DNA of 64,000 bases from the human T2T-CHM13v2.0 reference genome, Homo sapiens (GCF_009914755.1 NC_060935.1), one strand, 5' to 3'; shown: positions 1-16,508, counted from the stretch's first letter. Notes: generated by a model from the sequence alone, not told the origin. Program-made: numbers and translations.

Positions 1-469
1 AGGAGAGGGAAGAGAAAAACAGATACAGACTGCCAAATTCGCAGGTTGTGGGGAAATACTTGAGCTGCCCTTTTTGTGGGTGAGCCAGGGAGATGGCCCC
101 AGGGACCTGTGCTGCTGGGGTCCTTGGGAGATAGCTGGGGGTATGGAAGATGGCTCACAGCTGATGCCAATGTGGCTGGGGGCTTACAGACAAGCAGGGC
201 TCCAAAAGCCTCCACCCTCAGGCAGCATGGGCAAACGTCTCCCTTCCTTTCTGCCTCCACCTCACTAACTTCTGTGCCTTCCTCAGGTTGACCCTGTCAG
301 ATGCAGATTCATCCGCTATTTCCAAAATGCCTGCTCTGTTTCAGGCTCTGCATTAGTCTCCTTTCTGATCATCCTCCACAGATAATCAGGTATTAGAAAA
401 CACACATACAAAGCAGGAAAAGCTGTCAAGCATCTCCTCTTTGCTCTGTGACCTTGTGTTTCTGTGCCT

Positions 470-585
470 AGCTTCCTGGTAGATGGTGAGACCCTGGAGG
501 GTATGGACTATGTCTGTTTATCCGGCAGTGATCACAGTGTTTGGCACTTGGCACACACATAATAAATGTCCAGTGAACAAATAAT
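470..585 (+). mobile_element. L2 LINE 3' end remnant
   Basis: Degenerate L2 terminus: ...cagtgtttggcacttggcacacacataataaatgtccagtgaacaaataa. Confidence 0.55.
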
Positions 586-604
586 TACTCTGTGGCATTG
601 GTCT

Positions 605-700
605 GATCTCATTTTATAGAGGAGGAAATTGAAATAGCATTTAAATGATGTGCCTTGGTTCACACAGCTAGTATGTGGGCCGCAGAGCCTCGCCCCACAT
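605..700 (-). mobile_element. MIR SINE fragment
   Basis: ctcattttatagaggaggaaattga...ggttcacacagctagt matches the antisense MIR core. Confidence 0.6.
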
Positions 701-1345
701 TTGTTTGTTCTTGGCTGAACACTATGAATGGTGGGATTGAGGACTAAGTCTTCCTTCCCCTTCTATACTGTAAGTCTATGGATCCCATACCTCTCTATAG
801 GGGACATCGCTCAGGGAAATACCTGACTTCTTCCTTTATCAAGGAAACTTCAATTTGGCCCCTTCCCTTCCTGATAAATGGCATTTCTTAAATGACAATC
901 AGGGCTGGGTCTCATCTTTGCCCAGTAGCTCTTCTCTCCTGATGTTTTTTTCTGGTCTAGAGGCCTTGCAGAGCCCTGGCTGAACATGGCTCACAGCACG
1001 TTGCCACCACTGGGCTACCACCGCCGGCACTGTGTTGCTCCTTCTGGTGGGCTCTGCAGCGCCAAACACCTAGGCCTCCAGCATCTACGGTGTGCTGCCC
1101 AGGCCTCTGTCCGGGCCCAAAAGGAACAGAGCTCCAAGGGTCTCTGCCACAGACTTCCTGCCTGCCCAAGACTGTGTTCAGGAAATCATGAATGATGTGT
1201 AAAGTTGGAAACAGGGGTTAGGTGGAACACAGTGCTAGAGAAGCTACTGGGACCACGTTGTCAAGAATCTTATGTAACGTGTTATTCATACGACCTCTGA
1301 AGGCAACTAGCTCATTGGCTATCACCTCCAAATTTCCTAATTCAC

Positions 1346-1739
1346 TATATTAGGCCATTCTTGCATTGCTATAAAAGAATACCTGAGACTGGGTCATTTA
1401 TAAATAAAAGAGGTTTAATTAGCTCACAGTTCTGCAGGCTGTACAGGAAGCATGGTGCCAGCATCTGCTCCGCTTCTGGGGAGGCCTCAGGGAGCTTTTA
1501 CTCCTGATAGAAGGCCAAGTGGGAGCAGGCATGTAACATGGCCAGAGCAGAAGCAAGGAAGGGGGTGGGGATGCTACACACTTAACCAGATCTTGTGAGA
1601 ACTCACTATCACAAGGACAGCACCAAGCCTCGAGGGATCTGCCCACGTGATCCAATCACTCCCACCAGGCCCCACCTCCAACACTGGGGATTACAATTCA
1701 TCATGAGATTTGGCAGGGACACAGATCCAAACCATATCA
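1346..1739 (-). mobile_element. MaLR solo LTR (MST family, MSTA/MSTB-like)
   Basis: tatattaggccattcttgcattgctata...ccaaaccatatca; 5-bp TSD ttcac (1341-1345) / ctcac (1740-1744). Confidence 0.9.
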
Positions 1740-4354
1740 CTCACCCTCTGCAGGGTGAAGGTAAATGTTCTCTCAAATCTGGATCATGCTACATAATTAC
1801 TAATCAATAGCAGAAACTTTTCTTCCCCAGAGCTTACACAAGGAACTGAAATTCTTCTCAACACAGTCTTTCAGGCAGCCACTACCAATGGGCTGGATTG
1901 GCACTTGAGATGAAATCTATTTGCCATCCTGATTCTAGGCATGCCCTCCATTTGGATAAGTGGAGGAAAAACTTGTCATCCAGGTAATCTCAATGGATTT
2001 TTCTTCCTCACTTCCCTCCCCTGCTCCAGGGATCTATAAACAAATAATGCTCCAAGGGATAGTCATAAGCTCCCTCTCCCATTCCTCAGTCTTACCCCAA
2101 AGAATGAACCTCCCCACTCGCTCCCTAGAGCAACAGCATCTGTGGCTTTTGCAGAGTCCCTATGCAATGGGTCAGAGACAGCTTTACTGCTAAAACTAAT
2201 ACACACAATAAATTATTAGTGAAACTCAGACTTTCACTAATCAGGGGTCTAGTTTTGCTCCCTCTGTCAATACCACATGGTGGTACCCATTTTCTAAAGT
2301 TGCATCAAGGCAGCATAACTCGATGGGCATTATGCAGCCATTAACCAGAAAAACCTGCCATTAGATGAAATCTGATTCGCCCAAAAGTTCTGTCTGGGCT
2401 CCCATGTAATTTCAGCTTTCTTTGTTAGGCCAGGCCTCTTGGCTTGGAGCTTCTCCCAGGGCGGCGCAGAGCCGAGCAGCCGAATGACTGATGGCTCTGA
2501 AAGGCAATGTGGGGGTCCCCATCGCTGCCCTCTCTCTAGGGCTCCAGGCTGCAGGACGAGGATTCTGTTACAACTCATAGAAAATGCAGACTGTTGTCAC
2601 CCATGAGCAGAGACTGATGTGTGAGGAATTTTAAAGTGGAGTTTATTCAGCCCCAATTAAATCCCATTTTACAAATTCCATCGTACTCCTCAACAGAACA
2701 CTCATTAATTTTTGTCACACTAAGCGGACTAGGTGGCACTGCTGGGCTGGGCTGGTTGGGCTCAGGCTCTCGAGGAAGACTGTCAGAGCAGAGTTCTGTG
2801 GTTTCTTAGAAATGGCAAAAGGATTTATGTGGTATAACTAAGTACCAGAAAGACAAGGTTATTTCTAAGCAGGTATCAGAAAATAAAATGATGGGCATGA
2901 AATGGGAAAAATAATCTTTGAAGAGAAGCATTTGAGCAACCCAGGGCTCACAAATCAAAAAAGAAAAGGTTTCTTTGTCTTTGCTTCTTTAAATAAGGCC
3001 AATTCTATCCAGTCAGGGATATCCAGTGAGCATTACGGGCTTTATAATGACTTGTGATTGAAGCAATTTTTAAAAGGCCATCACAGATAAAGCCTCCTGG
3101 GCTGTCTTTTAGCTATTGAATGGGTCACCAGAGGATTAGCCTATTATTCAATCAACAGAGGTCCAGAAACTGGTAATCATCAGAATTTTATAACGTTAAG
3201 ATTTCCTCCCTCCATCCCCAGTCACCTTTTTATCCTCTTAGATACCTGGACAGTCCAAATTAGGGGACACAAAACCAAATTCTCTCTCTTTATTCCTAAC
3301 TCGGAGTTGGCCTCAAGTCCACCCACTGCTGCCGCCTTGCTTTTCACCTGTTAAGTGTGACTATGCATCACCAAAATGGTCAGGGCCCTTTGCACCCCTA
3401 TTAAGGTCTAGGGCTGCTTTCAATCCAAGAAGCCAGCTCCTTCTCTACTTCCTTGGGCCTTGCTTGACTTCCTCAGCTCTCCAGAGCCAAAGGGACCTCC
3501 CATGCACTAGGCATCCCCAGACCCAAGCCTGGCCATGGGCACTGCACCTTAAGGATGAGGGAGAGGATGAGTGGAATGGGAGTTGGGGAGAGACCATTAT
3601 CATCTCCTCCTTGCACCTGAGGTTTGTCTATCTCAGATCTCTGGGGGTCACAGAGGAAGAACTCAGAGAATTAAAGATGAAGGTTGACCGTCTGCTCTCT
3701 CCCTCTCTCCCTTCTTTCCTTTTTCTATCCTTCCTTTTGGCTTACTGTAAAAAGTCTAATTAGGTAAGAGTAAAATAAATGAAAGAGCCAGGGCTTCCAC
3801 TTCAGAAACAACCTTGCTTTGATGAGTCATTCAGTTCTCATAGATTCGCTATTGGCAAAAGGACACTTTAATTATGAAGAAAGGAAATATAGAAAACCTG
3901 CCTTTTCTGCAATGTTTCCTTTGGAACCAACGAAATCCTGTGTAGAGCTCTGGGAGAAGCAATGAGAACAGAGTGTAGCAAACTTTCATCCTTATGCAGA
4001 TTTAAAAGACGAGGGGATGAAAGGTGCATCTATTAGAGGAAAGCTGAACACCTGTCTTCTTCACTTTTATTTTTTGTGCTCAAACAGGAAATCTGGGGCT
4101 CCATGTGGCAGATCTCCCCAGTGACCCTCCAGCGCAGGTGCTTCAAGACAGGAAGTCTAAGCAGGACTGAGCCAGCAAGACTGAGTCTGAGGGCAAGGCC
4201 TAGGATGGCTGGAAGCCAGGAGCTGGCCCAGGTTGAGGCAGGCAGGGACAATCATGCCAGGGCCAATGGCAGAAATAAATTATCCAAGGGAAGAATGGAA
4301 GTCAGGGAGCTGTCAGAAGGGGAAGGTAGGTGTTGGCCTTGGTAGACTTACAGA

Positions 4355-5105
4355 GCGAGGTTACACAGTGAAATGCCTGCAAAGATTTAGCTGGTAACTG
4401 AAATGAGGGTGGAGGGTTGGATGTAAAACAATAGGGAGTGAACTAGTTTACAGTCCCACTAACAGTGTAAAAGTGTTCCTATTTCTCCACATCCTCTCCA
4501 GCACCTGTTGTTTCCTGACTTTTTAATGATTGCCATTCTAACTGGTGTGAGATGGTATCTCATTGCGGTTTTGATTTGCATTTCTCTGATGGCCAGTGAT
4601 GGTGAGCATTTTTTCATGTGTTTTTTGGCTGCATAAATGTCTTCTTTTGAGAAGTGTCTGTTCATATCCTTCGCCCACTTTTTGATGGGGACTGTTGTGG
4701 GGTTGGGGGAGGGGGGAGGGACAGCATTAGGAGATATACCTAATGCTAAATGACGAGTTAATGGGTGCAGCACACCAGCATGGCACATGTATACATATGT
4801 AACTAACCTACACATTGTGCACATGTACCCTAAAACTTAAAATAAAAACAAAAAAACAACAGGGAGTGGTGGGGACTGTGTCAAACTGGAAGTCAAGTGC
4901 CCCTGTCTAAAAGAGACCAACCGTCCTGGAATCCAGTAGATTGTGCCTATGAAGGAATGCAGGCCCAGGATTACATCTTCCCATTTTTTTCAAAAAAGCC
5001 TAAAATCTGGATTTCTATTTGAAACATTCCTGTTCTAAAATGATGAGGAAGTCAACAAAATACAGGTGGGGGTGCTGACATGACACAAGTCTGCATCATG
5101 ACCTG
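4355..5105. mobile_element. MER102-like hAT DNA transposon, interrupted by the L1 at 4441-4852
   Basis: aaatgcctgc...ggtaactgaaatgag...caatagggagtggtggggactgtgtcaaactgg...gcccctgtctaaa...aatctggatttctatttgaaa resembles the MER102 consensus and is continuous across the L1 TSD. Confidence 0.65.
4441..4852 (+). mobile_element. 5'-inverted (twin-primed) L1PA3-like LINE-1 insertion
   Basis: 4441-4690 is antisense ORF2 ([10 protein letters not shown]...TLLHC); 4686-4845 is the sense 3' UTR terminus plus A tail; 16-bp TSD aaaacaa[t/c]agggagtg at 4425-4440 and 4853-4868; diagnostic gctaaatgacgagttaatgggtgcagcacaccagc. Confidence 0.95.
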
Positions 5106-5241
5106 TGTAAAATTTAAATAAGAGAGGAGAGAAGCAGGCACAAGGCTGAAGGAGAGCAGATGGGATTCCAGGAAGCGGTGAGGTTGGAAGGGACAGGAGC
5201 AACTCTATGGAAGGCAGACAGGGCATGACCACACCAAGTCT

Positions 5242-5632
<391 letters not shown>

Positions 5633-6479
5633 TGAACTTTGGAAAATTGCAGAGAAAGAAGTAGACTGATTCTGAAACTAGGATGTGGCTAGTGTCATGG
5701 AAACAGTGTGGATCTGCATGGATCAGTGAACATGACAGAGGTAGGAATGACAAAGAATGGGGATTTGGACTCAAACTGGAAAAATCCCATTTCCTAGATT
5801 CTGAGACACCTCCCATTACACAATACCACTAACTTAGAAATGGCTTTCAGGAAAAACAAACATGCGTTAAAGAACAGTTTTTGATTATTACTCATCTTTG
5901 TATAATTATATACTACTTTCTTTTCTTAGTAATTCAAGTCTTGAGCCTAAGCTTTTTCAGACAATGAATTCCAATGTTTTCTGAATGTTTTTGGTGAATA
6001 GCAACTATGCTTACCATCATATGATATACTGATTTTCACAAATAGTGCTTTTTGACTTCTTTATTACCTTTAGGATATTGGCAATGTAATTTATGAGTTG
6101 TATTAAATAAAACCCTTGTCTGCATTTCCTATTTGGCAACTGTAATTCCCCTCGCCACACCCCCCTACTCAATTACTAGAAATTAAACTGGTACTGTTGA
6201 ATAGAGAGACATAAACCAGCTGCATGAAAAAGCATTTTTCTTTTAAATTTTTAAAAATCATTAAAAAAAAACTGTGTAGCCAAAGTATACAGTTTAAAAT
6301 AAGCACCCTCATGGTATGAGAAGTTTCTGAAAAACCCTTTCCTGGGTGTGTATGTGGGATACCACCAAGAGATGCTTAACACATGCATTTTTCTTTATTC
6401 AACACAAAGCAGGGTATTAAAAATCTAATTTCTACAAGCCACTCTACTGTGCCCTTTATTCCAGAGCAGAAAGGAATTA

Positions 6480-6670
6480 CAGTGCACCTGCTGTGTGCCA
6501 GGGATTTGGTGACATCTTCTAACCACGAATTTTATTTACTCTTTACAATGATTCTGAAAGCTATTATTATACGTATTCTGTAGTTGGGGAAATGGAGGGT
6601 CAAGAAGTTATGTAATTTGTTTGAAGTCACATAGAGTTCAAACATGGATTTCACTGATTCTGCAGTCCAT
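6480..6670 (-). mobile_element. MIR SINE
   Basis: cacctgctgtgtgccagg...gttggggaaatggagggtcaagaagttatgtaatttg. Confidence 0.6.
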
Positions 6671-6865
6671 GAGATCCAAAGAAGTCTCCAGCTGTGCTTA
6701 TCTTCCTCTGCAATCAAATGAAGAATGGGCACCTGGGAACTCTCACCATTAGAACCACATCATTTACCACCTTTCTATATTCCTTGGCCCCATCTACTCT
6801 TAGCTGTTTTAGTCAGTTCATCTCGTCCAGTGCCCTGACACAGGAATCCAGTGCTTCTTCCCTAC

Positions 6866-7045
6866 ACTTTTTTTTTTTGGTATAAATTTAAAAGGTACAA
6901 GTGCAATTTCGTCACATTAATATATTGGGCAGTGGTGAAGTCTTGGCTTTTAGTGTGTCCATCACTCAAATAATGTACATCATACCCATTAAGTAATTTC
7001 TCATCGAGATTCTCCTGCCCCCAATCCCAACCCTGCCCAAGTCTC
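6866..7045 (-). mobile_element. L1PB/L1MA 3' end fragment
   Basis: T tail followed by ggtacaagtgcaatttcgtcac...agtggtgaagtcttggcttttagtgtgtccatcac. Confidence 0.8.
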
Positions 7046-7115
7046 CTGGAGGCTATTATTTTAAACAACCTACACCCTTTTTTGGCCTCAGGTGCATAGT
7101 TTCTGTCCTTTAAAG

Positions 7116-7456
7116 CAGGGCTCCCCAGTCCCCAGGTGCAGACTGGTACTGGTCTATGGCCTATTAGGAATGGGGCCACACAGCTGGGGGTGAGCCTTGG
7201 GCTAGTGAGCATTACCGCCTGAGCTCTGTGTCCTGACAGATCAGCAGCAGCATTAGATTCTCAGAGTAGCTCGAACCCTATTGTGAACTGCACATATGAA
7301 GGATCTAGGTTGCATGCTCCTTGTGACAGTCTAATGTCCGATGATCTGAGGTGGAACAGTTTCATCCCCAAACCATCCACCCCCATCCCCCATGTCCATG
7401 GAAAAATTATCTTCCATGAAACTGGACCCTGGTGCCAAAAAGGTTGGGCACCGCTG
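7116..7456 (+). mobile_element. MER1B hAT-Charlie DNA transposon
   Basis: cagggctcccca...ggttgggcaccgctg termini; perfect 8-bp TSD ctttaaag at 7108-7115 and 7457-7464. Confidence 0.92.
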
Positions 7457-7904
7457 CTTTAAAGCCCTTGAAACCTTTTCTGATTTTACCCTTCCCCCAG
7501 TCATTTGTTATTTCTTTCTTCTTTACAATCATATATATTATTGATCCTCTCTTATGAAGCTTATATTCTATCTTACATTATGTAATTGTCTTATTTTCTT
7601 TCCATAGCTTAGTGGGAGACTGTGAGACTAGCATTTAAGGTTTTGTACAGAGTACCAGCAGCATGATAGTTCTCCCCAGACAGCATAGCATTCAAGTCGC
7701 CTGAGCCTCATTCTTCCACAGAGGCTATGGCTTGTAAATCAGTATACTCAAAGTCCTCTGATACTCCAGTCAATAGACAGAAGATCTATGGGCCATTCAA
7801 AACATTGTTTTTAAAGAAATCTTTTGGTGTAACAAAAAATAATACAAGTCTCCTTTATTTATTTATTTCTTATTTATTTTCATGGATATGGATGTAGTGG
7901 ATAG

Positions 7905-8105
7905 AATGGTTTTTCTTTCTTGAAATGTCTTTATCTGGTGTCGATGTTAGGTTAATGCTGGCCTCATGGAATGCTTCTATTTCCTGGAAAAGATTGAAGA
8001 TAATTGGTACCATTTCTTCCTTGAATGTTTGGAAAAATCCACGGGTGAAACCCTCTGGTCCTGGATGCTACTCCTTTTGGAATGTTATTGGTTATTTATT
8101 TAATT
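7905..8105 (-). mobile_element. Old L1M (L1MC/MD-like) ORF2 fragment, proximal part of the transduced flank
   Basis: Reverse complement aataacattccaaaaggagtagcatccaggaccagaggg...ccagataaagacatttcaagaaag corresponds to the PGPDG...KPDKD region of ORF2. Confidence 0.75.
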
Positions 8106-8106
8106 A

Positions 8107-11146
<3,040 letters not shown>

Positions 11147-11277
11147 AAAAAAAATAAACAAGTCATATTTTATATATATGCTGTTACTTATATTTTATAA
11201 TACCTGGCTGGTGCTTAGCCTTGCCTCTCTGAAAATCTTGGTTCTAGAAGTGCATAAAAGGAAAGAGAGGATCTTTT

Positions 11278-11467
11278 TTAAAATTTATTTTATCATTCTA
11301 AGTATTATTATTATTATTATTAAGAGACAGGGTCTCACTTTGTCACCCAGGCTGAAGTGCAGTGGTGTGATTATAGCTCACTGCAACCTCAGACTCCTGG
11401 GCTCAAGTGATCCTCCTGCCTCAACCTTCCAAAGCACTGGGATTACAGGAGTGAGCCAACACACCTA
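11278..11467 (-). mobile_element. Monomeric Alu (FRAM/FAM-like)
   Basis: Single monomer with right-arm body and left-arm-type 5' end, (TTA)n tail, TSD agaggatctttt at 11266-11277 and 11468-11479. Confidence 0.85.
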
Positions 11468-12654
11468 AGAGGATCTTTTCTACCTAAATTTATGCTAGTC
11501 AACAGTATAAGCAGTAACAAACTTTAAACCAAATAGAATGAAAAAAAACCACAAAAACTCCAGAGCTTAGGTAAGGAAATTCTTATCTAAGTGGGTTGGC
11601 TTAGCTAGCATGAATTCTGCCTAAAATCCCAACACTTCCCACATTTCCACCTCAAGTATTGCAGCCTGTGCCCTCAGGGTAACAGATCATCAAAGCTGTG
11701 TTTTTGCTCTTCACTTTCTCTTCTCTGTGTGTATTGACTCATCTTTTACCACTTCCACAACCCCACTACTCAGCCCTGATGCTCTAATATATCAAAGCCA
11801 AGTTTATAATCAAAGAATCATACAACTACCATTGACATCATGACCCACGTTAGTATCTGTTTTTCAGGAAGTGTTGAGATCAAAGAAGTAGATATGTTTG
11901 GTCACCTCCCAGCTCAGAAAAATCTCCAAATTCACGGAAGCCCTGCAGTAAAAAAGCCTGTTTAAGTTAATTTAATGCCTACATGACCAGATTTATTTTG
12001 ACAGAATACACCCTCTTCCACACCCACCCAGCATTTGTTGTTTTTTTTCTAGTTAAGGGACACTAGCCTTCTTTGGAACACAATTTGGAAAATGTGAACG
12101 TCCCCTGTCTGGTACATGGCTCTATCTCTTCTACATTCTTGGTTTTCTAAGAAAAGCTGCCCAGGATCTCTTACCCTACTGTACTCCCCTAAATTTTCTA
12201 TTTTAGGAAATACAGTGTTATAACAAAAACAGTCAGAATATGGACTGTGATGATCTTTGCCAAATACAGAGTCATCTCATTAAACCTCAGAGGTAGTGCC
12301 TCAGTAGGGCCTGAGAATGTGGCACTATAAAATTTTCACTTAACATTAAAACACCCAAAAAATATCTGGGGTAAGAGCAGATGTCTTTTTGTTTTGTGCA
12401 ATAGCTTATATGGAAACCTACTTATAGGTGGGCCATTGTTTGCAATATTTTATTTAAATAAATTTGTTGTTTGGGACACTACCTTTTAATATACTCTCTT
12501 TCATAAACTAAGTTTGGTCTTCTGGAAATGCTGTATAATATTGAGAATAATTTACATCCAGGAAAAATGTCTTGTTTGAAGAACCTCGAGTGACTTCTCA
12601 TTTCAAAATATATCAAGTTGTTTATTCTTAAAGGCTCAAAGGAATCTGACCATG

Positions 12655-13017
12655 TGTATTAGTCCATTTTCATACTGCTATGAAGAAATACCCAGGACTA
12701 GGCAATTTATAAAGAAAAAGGGGTTTAATGGACTCACAGTTCCATATGGCTGGAGAGGCCTCACAATCATGGCAGAAGGTGAATGAGGAACAAAGTGACA
12801 TCTTACATGGTGGCAGGCAAGAGAGCATGTACAGAGGAACTGCCCTTTATAAAACCATCAGATCTTGTGAGACTTATTCACTATCATGGTAACAGCAGGG
12901 AAAAACTTGCCCCCATGATTCAATTACCTCCCACAAGGTCCCTCCTGCAACATTTGGTGATTATGGGAGCTACCGTTCAAGATGAAATTTGGGTGGGGAC
13001 ACAGCCAAACCATATCA
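12655..13017 (-). mobile_element. THE1 (THE1C/D-like) MaLR solo LTR
   Basis: tgtattagtccattttcatactgct...gggtggggacacagccaaaccatatca; TSD ccatg / ccctg. Confidence 0.92.
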
Positions 13018-13059
13018 CCCTGGCTCTATTCAGAGCCTACAGAGGAGGTCCAAACTTTA

Positions 13060-13640
13060 AATATTCATTTATGCAGTCTGTTATTTAGTTGGTAAATACT
13101 TATGGGACACCTACTTTGTGCCAGACTCTGTTCCAGATGTTGGAGATAACATGGCAAACAAAGAAAGAAAAAGGCCCATGACCTCTTGGATCTTACACTC
13201 TGCTGGAAAGAAACAGGGCTTACATAAGTGAGAGCATGTCAGAGCATAATAAATGCTATGAAGGAAAGAAAGTGGGGTAAAGGGAAAGAGGGTGACTTAC
13301 GGAGGCACGAGAAGAAGGGCCTCTCTGGAGAGGTGACATTTGAATGAATTGAAGGAGCCAGCCATGGGAGAGAAAAAGATCACAGACAGAAGGAGAAGCT
13401 AATGACAAAGCCCTGAGGTGGGAGCAAGCTCGGGATTTTCCAGGTTTAGAAAGAATGCTGTGTACTTCTATGTGGCATGGGGGACGAGAGCCTGGGGACA
13501 GAGTTAGACAGGAGGTCAGGGACCAGACCATGTGAGGTCTTGAAGGCCAGAGTAAGGAGCTGCAGTTTATTCCAGGGACAATGGGAAGCCATTGGAGAGT
13601 TGTATCAGGGGAGTGATATTATCTGATTTATAGATCACCA
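13060..13640 (-). mobile_element. L2 LINE 3' region
   Basis: aaatacttatgggacacctactttgtgccag...gggaagccattggagagttgtatcaggggagtgatattatctgattta. Confidence 0.8.
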
Positions 13641-14079
13641 GTCTACACCAGCACTGAAATGACTTTTGGCAGCATTTTATTTTGAGACTTGACACTACCT
13701 ATTCCCACCCATATCCCCGTCAACCTTGGCTGAACCTCCAAGCTCAAGTGCCTGCATCACCATCCTCTTCTGGGCCCTTGTCTCCTCATATTCCATTCTT
13801 TTTTTTCAAAATGTTTCCACCCTGCCTCCTAGAACCCCACATTCTAGAGTAACTGCCCCCCTTTCTTCTCGACATCTTCACTATCTACTGTTTTCATCTT
13901 CTTGTGTTAACTAGAAGCTTGTCCTCCCTTTTGGGTGCCTCCTGGCTTTGTTCCTCCTTTGAGTTACCTATTTGTTCTCCTAAGGGCATGAGGTGGAAGG
14001 TGGACACTCTCCCTCCTCCACCCAGCTGCTTCCGTGCACTTCTGCCTCCCTCTTGCCCTCTGTGATGATGCTCCATTTT

Positions 14080-14322
14080 TGTTTACAGCACATCCCTTGG
14101 ATAGTTCCTTCCAAGTCATCTCTGCTGGTTCATTTTCCTTTGCCTGCCCCTTATATTTTGGGATGGTAGAACGCTTTCCTGGACTCCCTTTCCTTCTTAC
14201 TTTACACACCTTTCCTTGGTTATCAATTCCTCCCCCAGTCCCATGAATTCAATCTTCATCTATAACCCGAAGGTGTTGGAATCCATATTTCCAGTTCAGA
14301 CTTCTTTCTCAAGTTGCAGACT
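14080..14322 (+). mobile_element. L2 internal fragment
   Basis: Pyrimidine-rich L2 body: cttactttacacacctttccttggttat...catatttccagttcagacttctttctcaag. Confidence 0.55.
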
Positions 14323-14323
14323 C

Positions 14324-14626
14324 TTTTTGTTTGTGTGTTTTTGGAGATGGAGTCTCACTGTGTTTCCCAGGCTGGAATGCAGTGGCCTGTTCTTGGCTCA
14401 CTGCAAACTTCACCTCCGGGTTCAAGTAATTCTTGTGCCTCAGCCTCCCCCAAGAAGCTGAGATTACAGGCATGTGCCACCATGCTGAGCTAATTTTTGT
14501 ATTTTTAGTAGAGGTAGGGTTTTGCCATATTGGCCAAGCTGGTCTTGAACTTCTGGCCTCAAGAAATCTGCCTGCCTCACCCTCCCAAAGTGCTCGGATT
14601 ACAGGCATGAGCCACTGTGCCCATCC
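14324..14626 (-). mobile_element. AluS (Sx/Sz-like)
   Basis: Full dimer gagatggagtctcac...ccgggttcaagtaattc...ctaatttttgtatttttagtagag...tgagccactgtgccc. Confidence 0.95.
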
Positions 14627-15234
14627 AATGTTACATACATTTATAGGTAGTATATCACAAGCTCCTTGGAAGAGGGACAATATTCTACTCTTACTTGTAG
14701 CACTCATAGCATGCATTGGGCTTCATATATAGTATGCACTTAGTAAATATTTGTTGGGAAAAATGGATGGAGAAAACATATGTCACCTGCTACCTAACCT
14801 TGTTGTCATCCACTGATCTCTGTTTCTCCTCATCATTCACTGAGGGCTTAAGCTCTCCACACCACTCCTGACATTAGCAATAATTCTGTTAATATCAACA
14901 TCTGTGGAGAAGATGCAGCCAACAACTGACCTCAGGTTTTCAGCTCCTCCCTCCCATGATGAATTTCTCTACCGTGCTTCAGTTTCCAACTCCCATGAGA
15001 TGCCTCTGTCTAGATTGTGTCATCACAAATAGGTACACCTCCTTCTAAAATCTCAGTTCCATGCCCCACCCCCATCACCTCCTGCCAACCTCCTAAAGCC
15101 CAGGCTGTAACCATCCTTCATCCTCACTTGGACCTTCAATCTATAGGTCCTTTTTTACCCCTCATGTCCTCCTCTTCCTCCCTATCCACCTTACAGTTCA
15201 TCATTATCATTGATCCCTTTCAGTTTCAGTGATA

Positions 15235-15475
15235 GCCCAGGCAAGTGCCAGGTCCTGAAAATCGGGCAGGGAAGAAAAGGCAACCTGGCTATGCACTCCC
15301 AGAATTTATAGTCTAGTGGGGGGATAGATATTAAAAACGTGAGGAAACATATAGATGTATGATTAAAAATTATGAGAAGAGCTTTGAAGGGAATGTACAG
15401 GAGGCAATGAGTTTGCATAATAGGCTTATCTAATTCAGTCTCAGGAGATGGAGAAGTCTTCCCTGAAGAATATTA
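15235..15475 (-). mobile_element. L2 fragment
   Basis: gtgccaggtcctg...gaatttatagtctagtggggggatag...gagaagtcttccctgaagaa. Confidence 0.55.
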
Positions 15476-16508
15476 AAAGAAACTCCTTGGGGAAAAAAAG
15501 AAAAGGAAAAGCATTTCTGTAGTTTAAATGTTGATTTTTAATTATTTCAAAAATCTGCTCAACTTTTACCTAGGAGAAGCACTAACAATGATTTCTAAAG
15601 ATCTCAATACTCTGCTCTTTCCTGTACCCTCCTGGGCATATCGCTTCTTAGACGTTTCCCATTGTCTGTATTTTCTGTCTGCCTCTCCTTCTGCCTCGGG
15701 GTGCTTCTGAGGCTTCTAGAGCCAAATGATCAAAATAGATAAGTTTATGGAAAACCCTGGAAACAATTGTTACTTTTCCTACCAAGTGCAACACAGAGAC
15801 ATTATGTTCCACATTTGCTAAATAAAATAAAAGTCAACACTTTGAACGTTGCTATTAAAAGCTGCGCATTGGCTCGCTGGCCCTCTCCCCATGTCTTTCT
15901 GGGGCTGACTGTCCTATTTGTCCTTCACCAGTAGGCGGCTCAAGCCTGCCCCAGAATCCGGGAACCTGGCCCTATGCAAGGGCTATCTTCACCTGACCTG
16001 TCTCCGGTCACAATCTGACAGTTTAATGTCTGAGTCACTCAGTTTTCTTTCCTCTCTGGCAAGGACATGCTGGGTTTATTACACGGTGCTATTGTTCCTG
16101 TTTTATGCCTGTAAAGCCCATCCCACTGCACCAGGGAATAAATCATCCCCTTGTCGTTGGCCCGAACGAATTATAACTGCTCTCTGGGGCCCAGGGCAGA
16201 CCCCTGCTGAGGTCCAGCTCTCCAAGAAAAGAAGTGCCTGAGTCCTCTGAGCTGCTACGTCCTTCTTCCCACTCATTGGCCATAGGTCTGTATCTTCCCT
16301 TTAGCAGCCCTCTGGGCACCTGACTCCTTTGAACAAGGAGCAAAGTGACCAGAACAGATAAAGAGGCTGTTGGAAGAACAAGATAAAATTATTAACTTTC
16401 CTAGAATTCAGACCTTAAAGAATAGAAAAGGTCTTTGAACCATTTACTCCTCATTCTTGAATAAGGATCCTTTAGAAGGCATTTAGATCAGTTAACAAGG
16501 TAAACAAA

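Noticed and set aside
4459-4824. 121-aa ORF with an L1-like C-terminus
   Set aside because: Artefact of the inversion junction fusing antisense 3' UTR to ORF2
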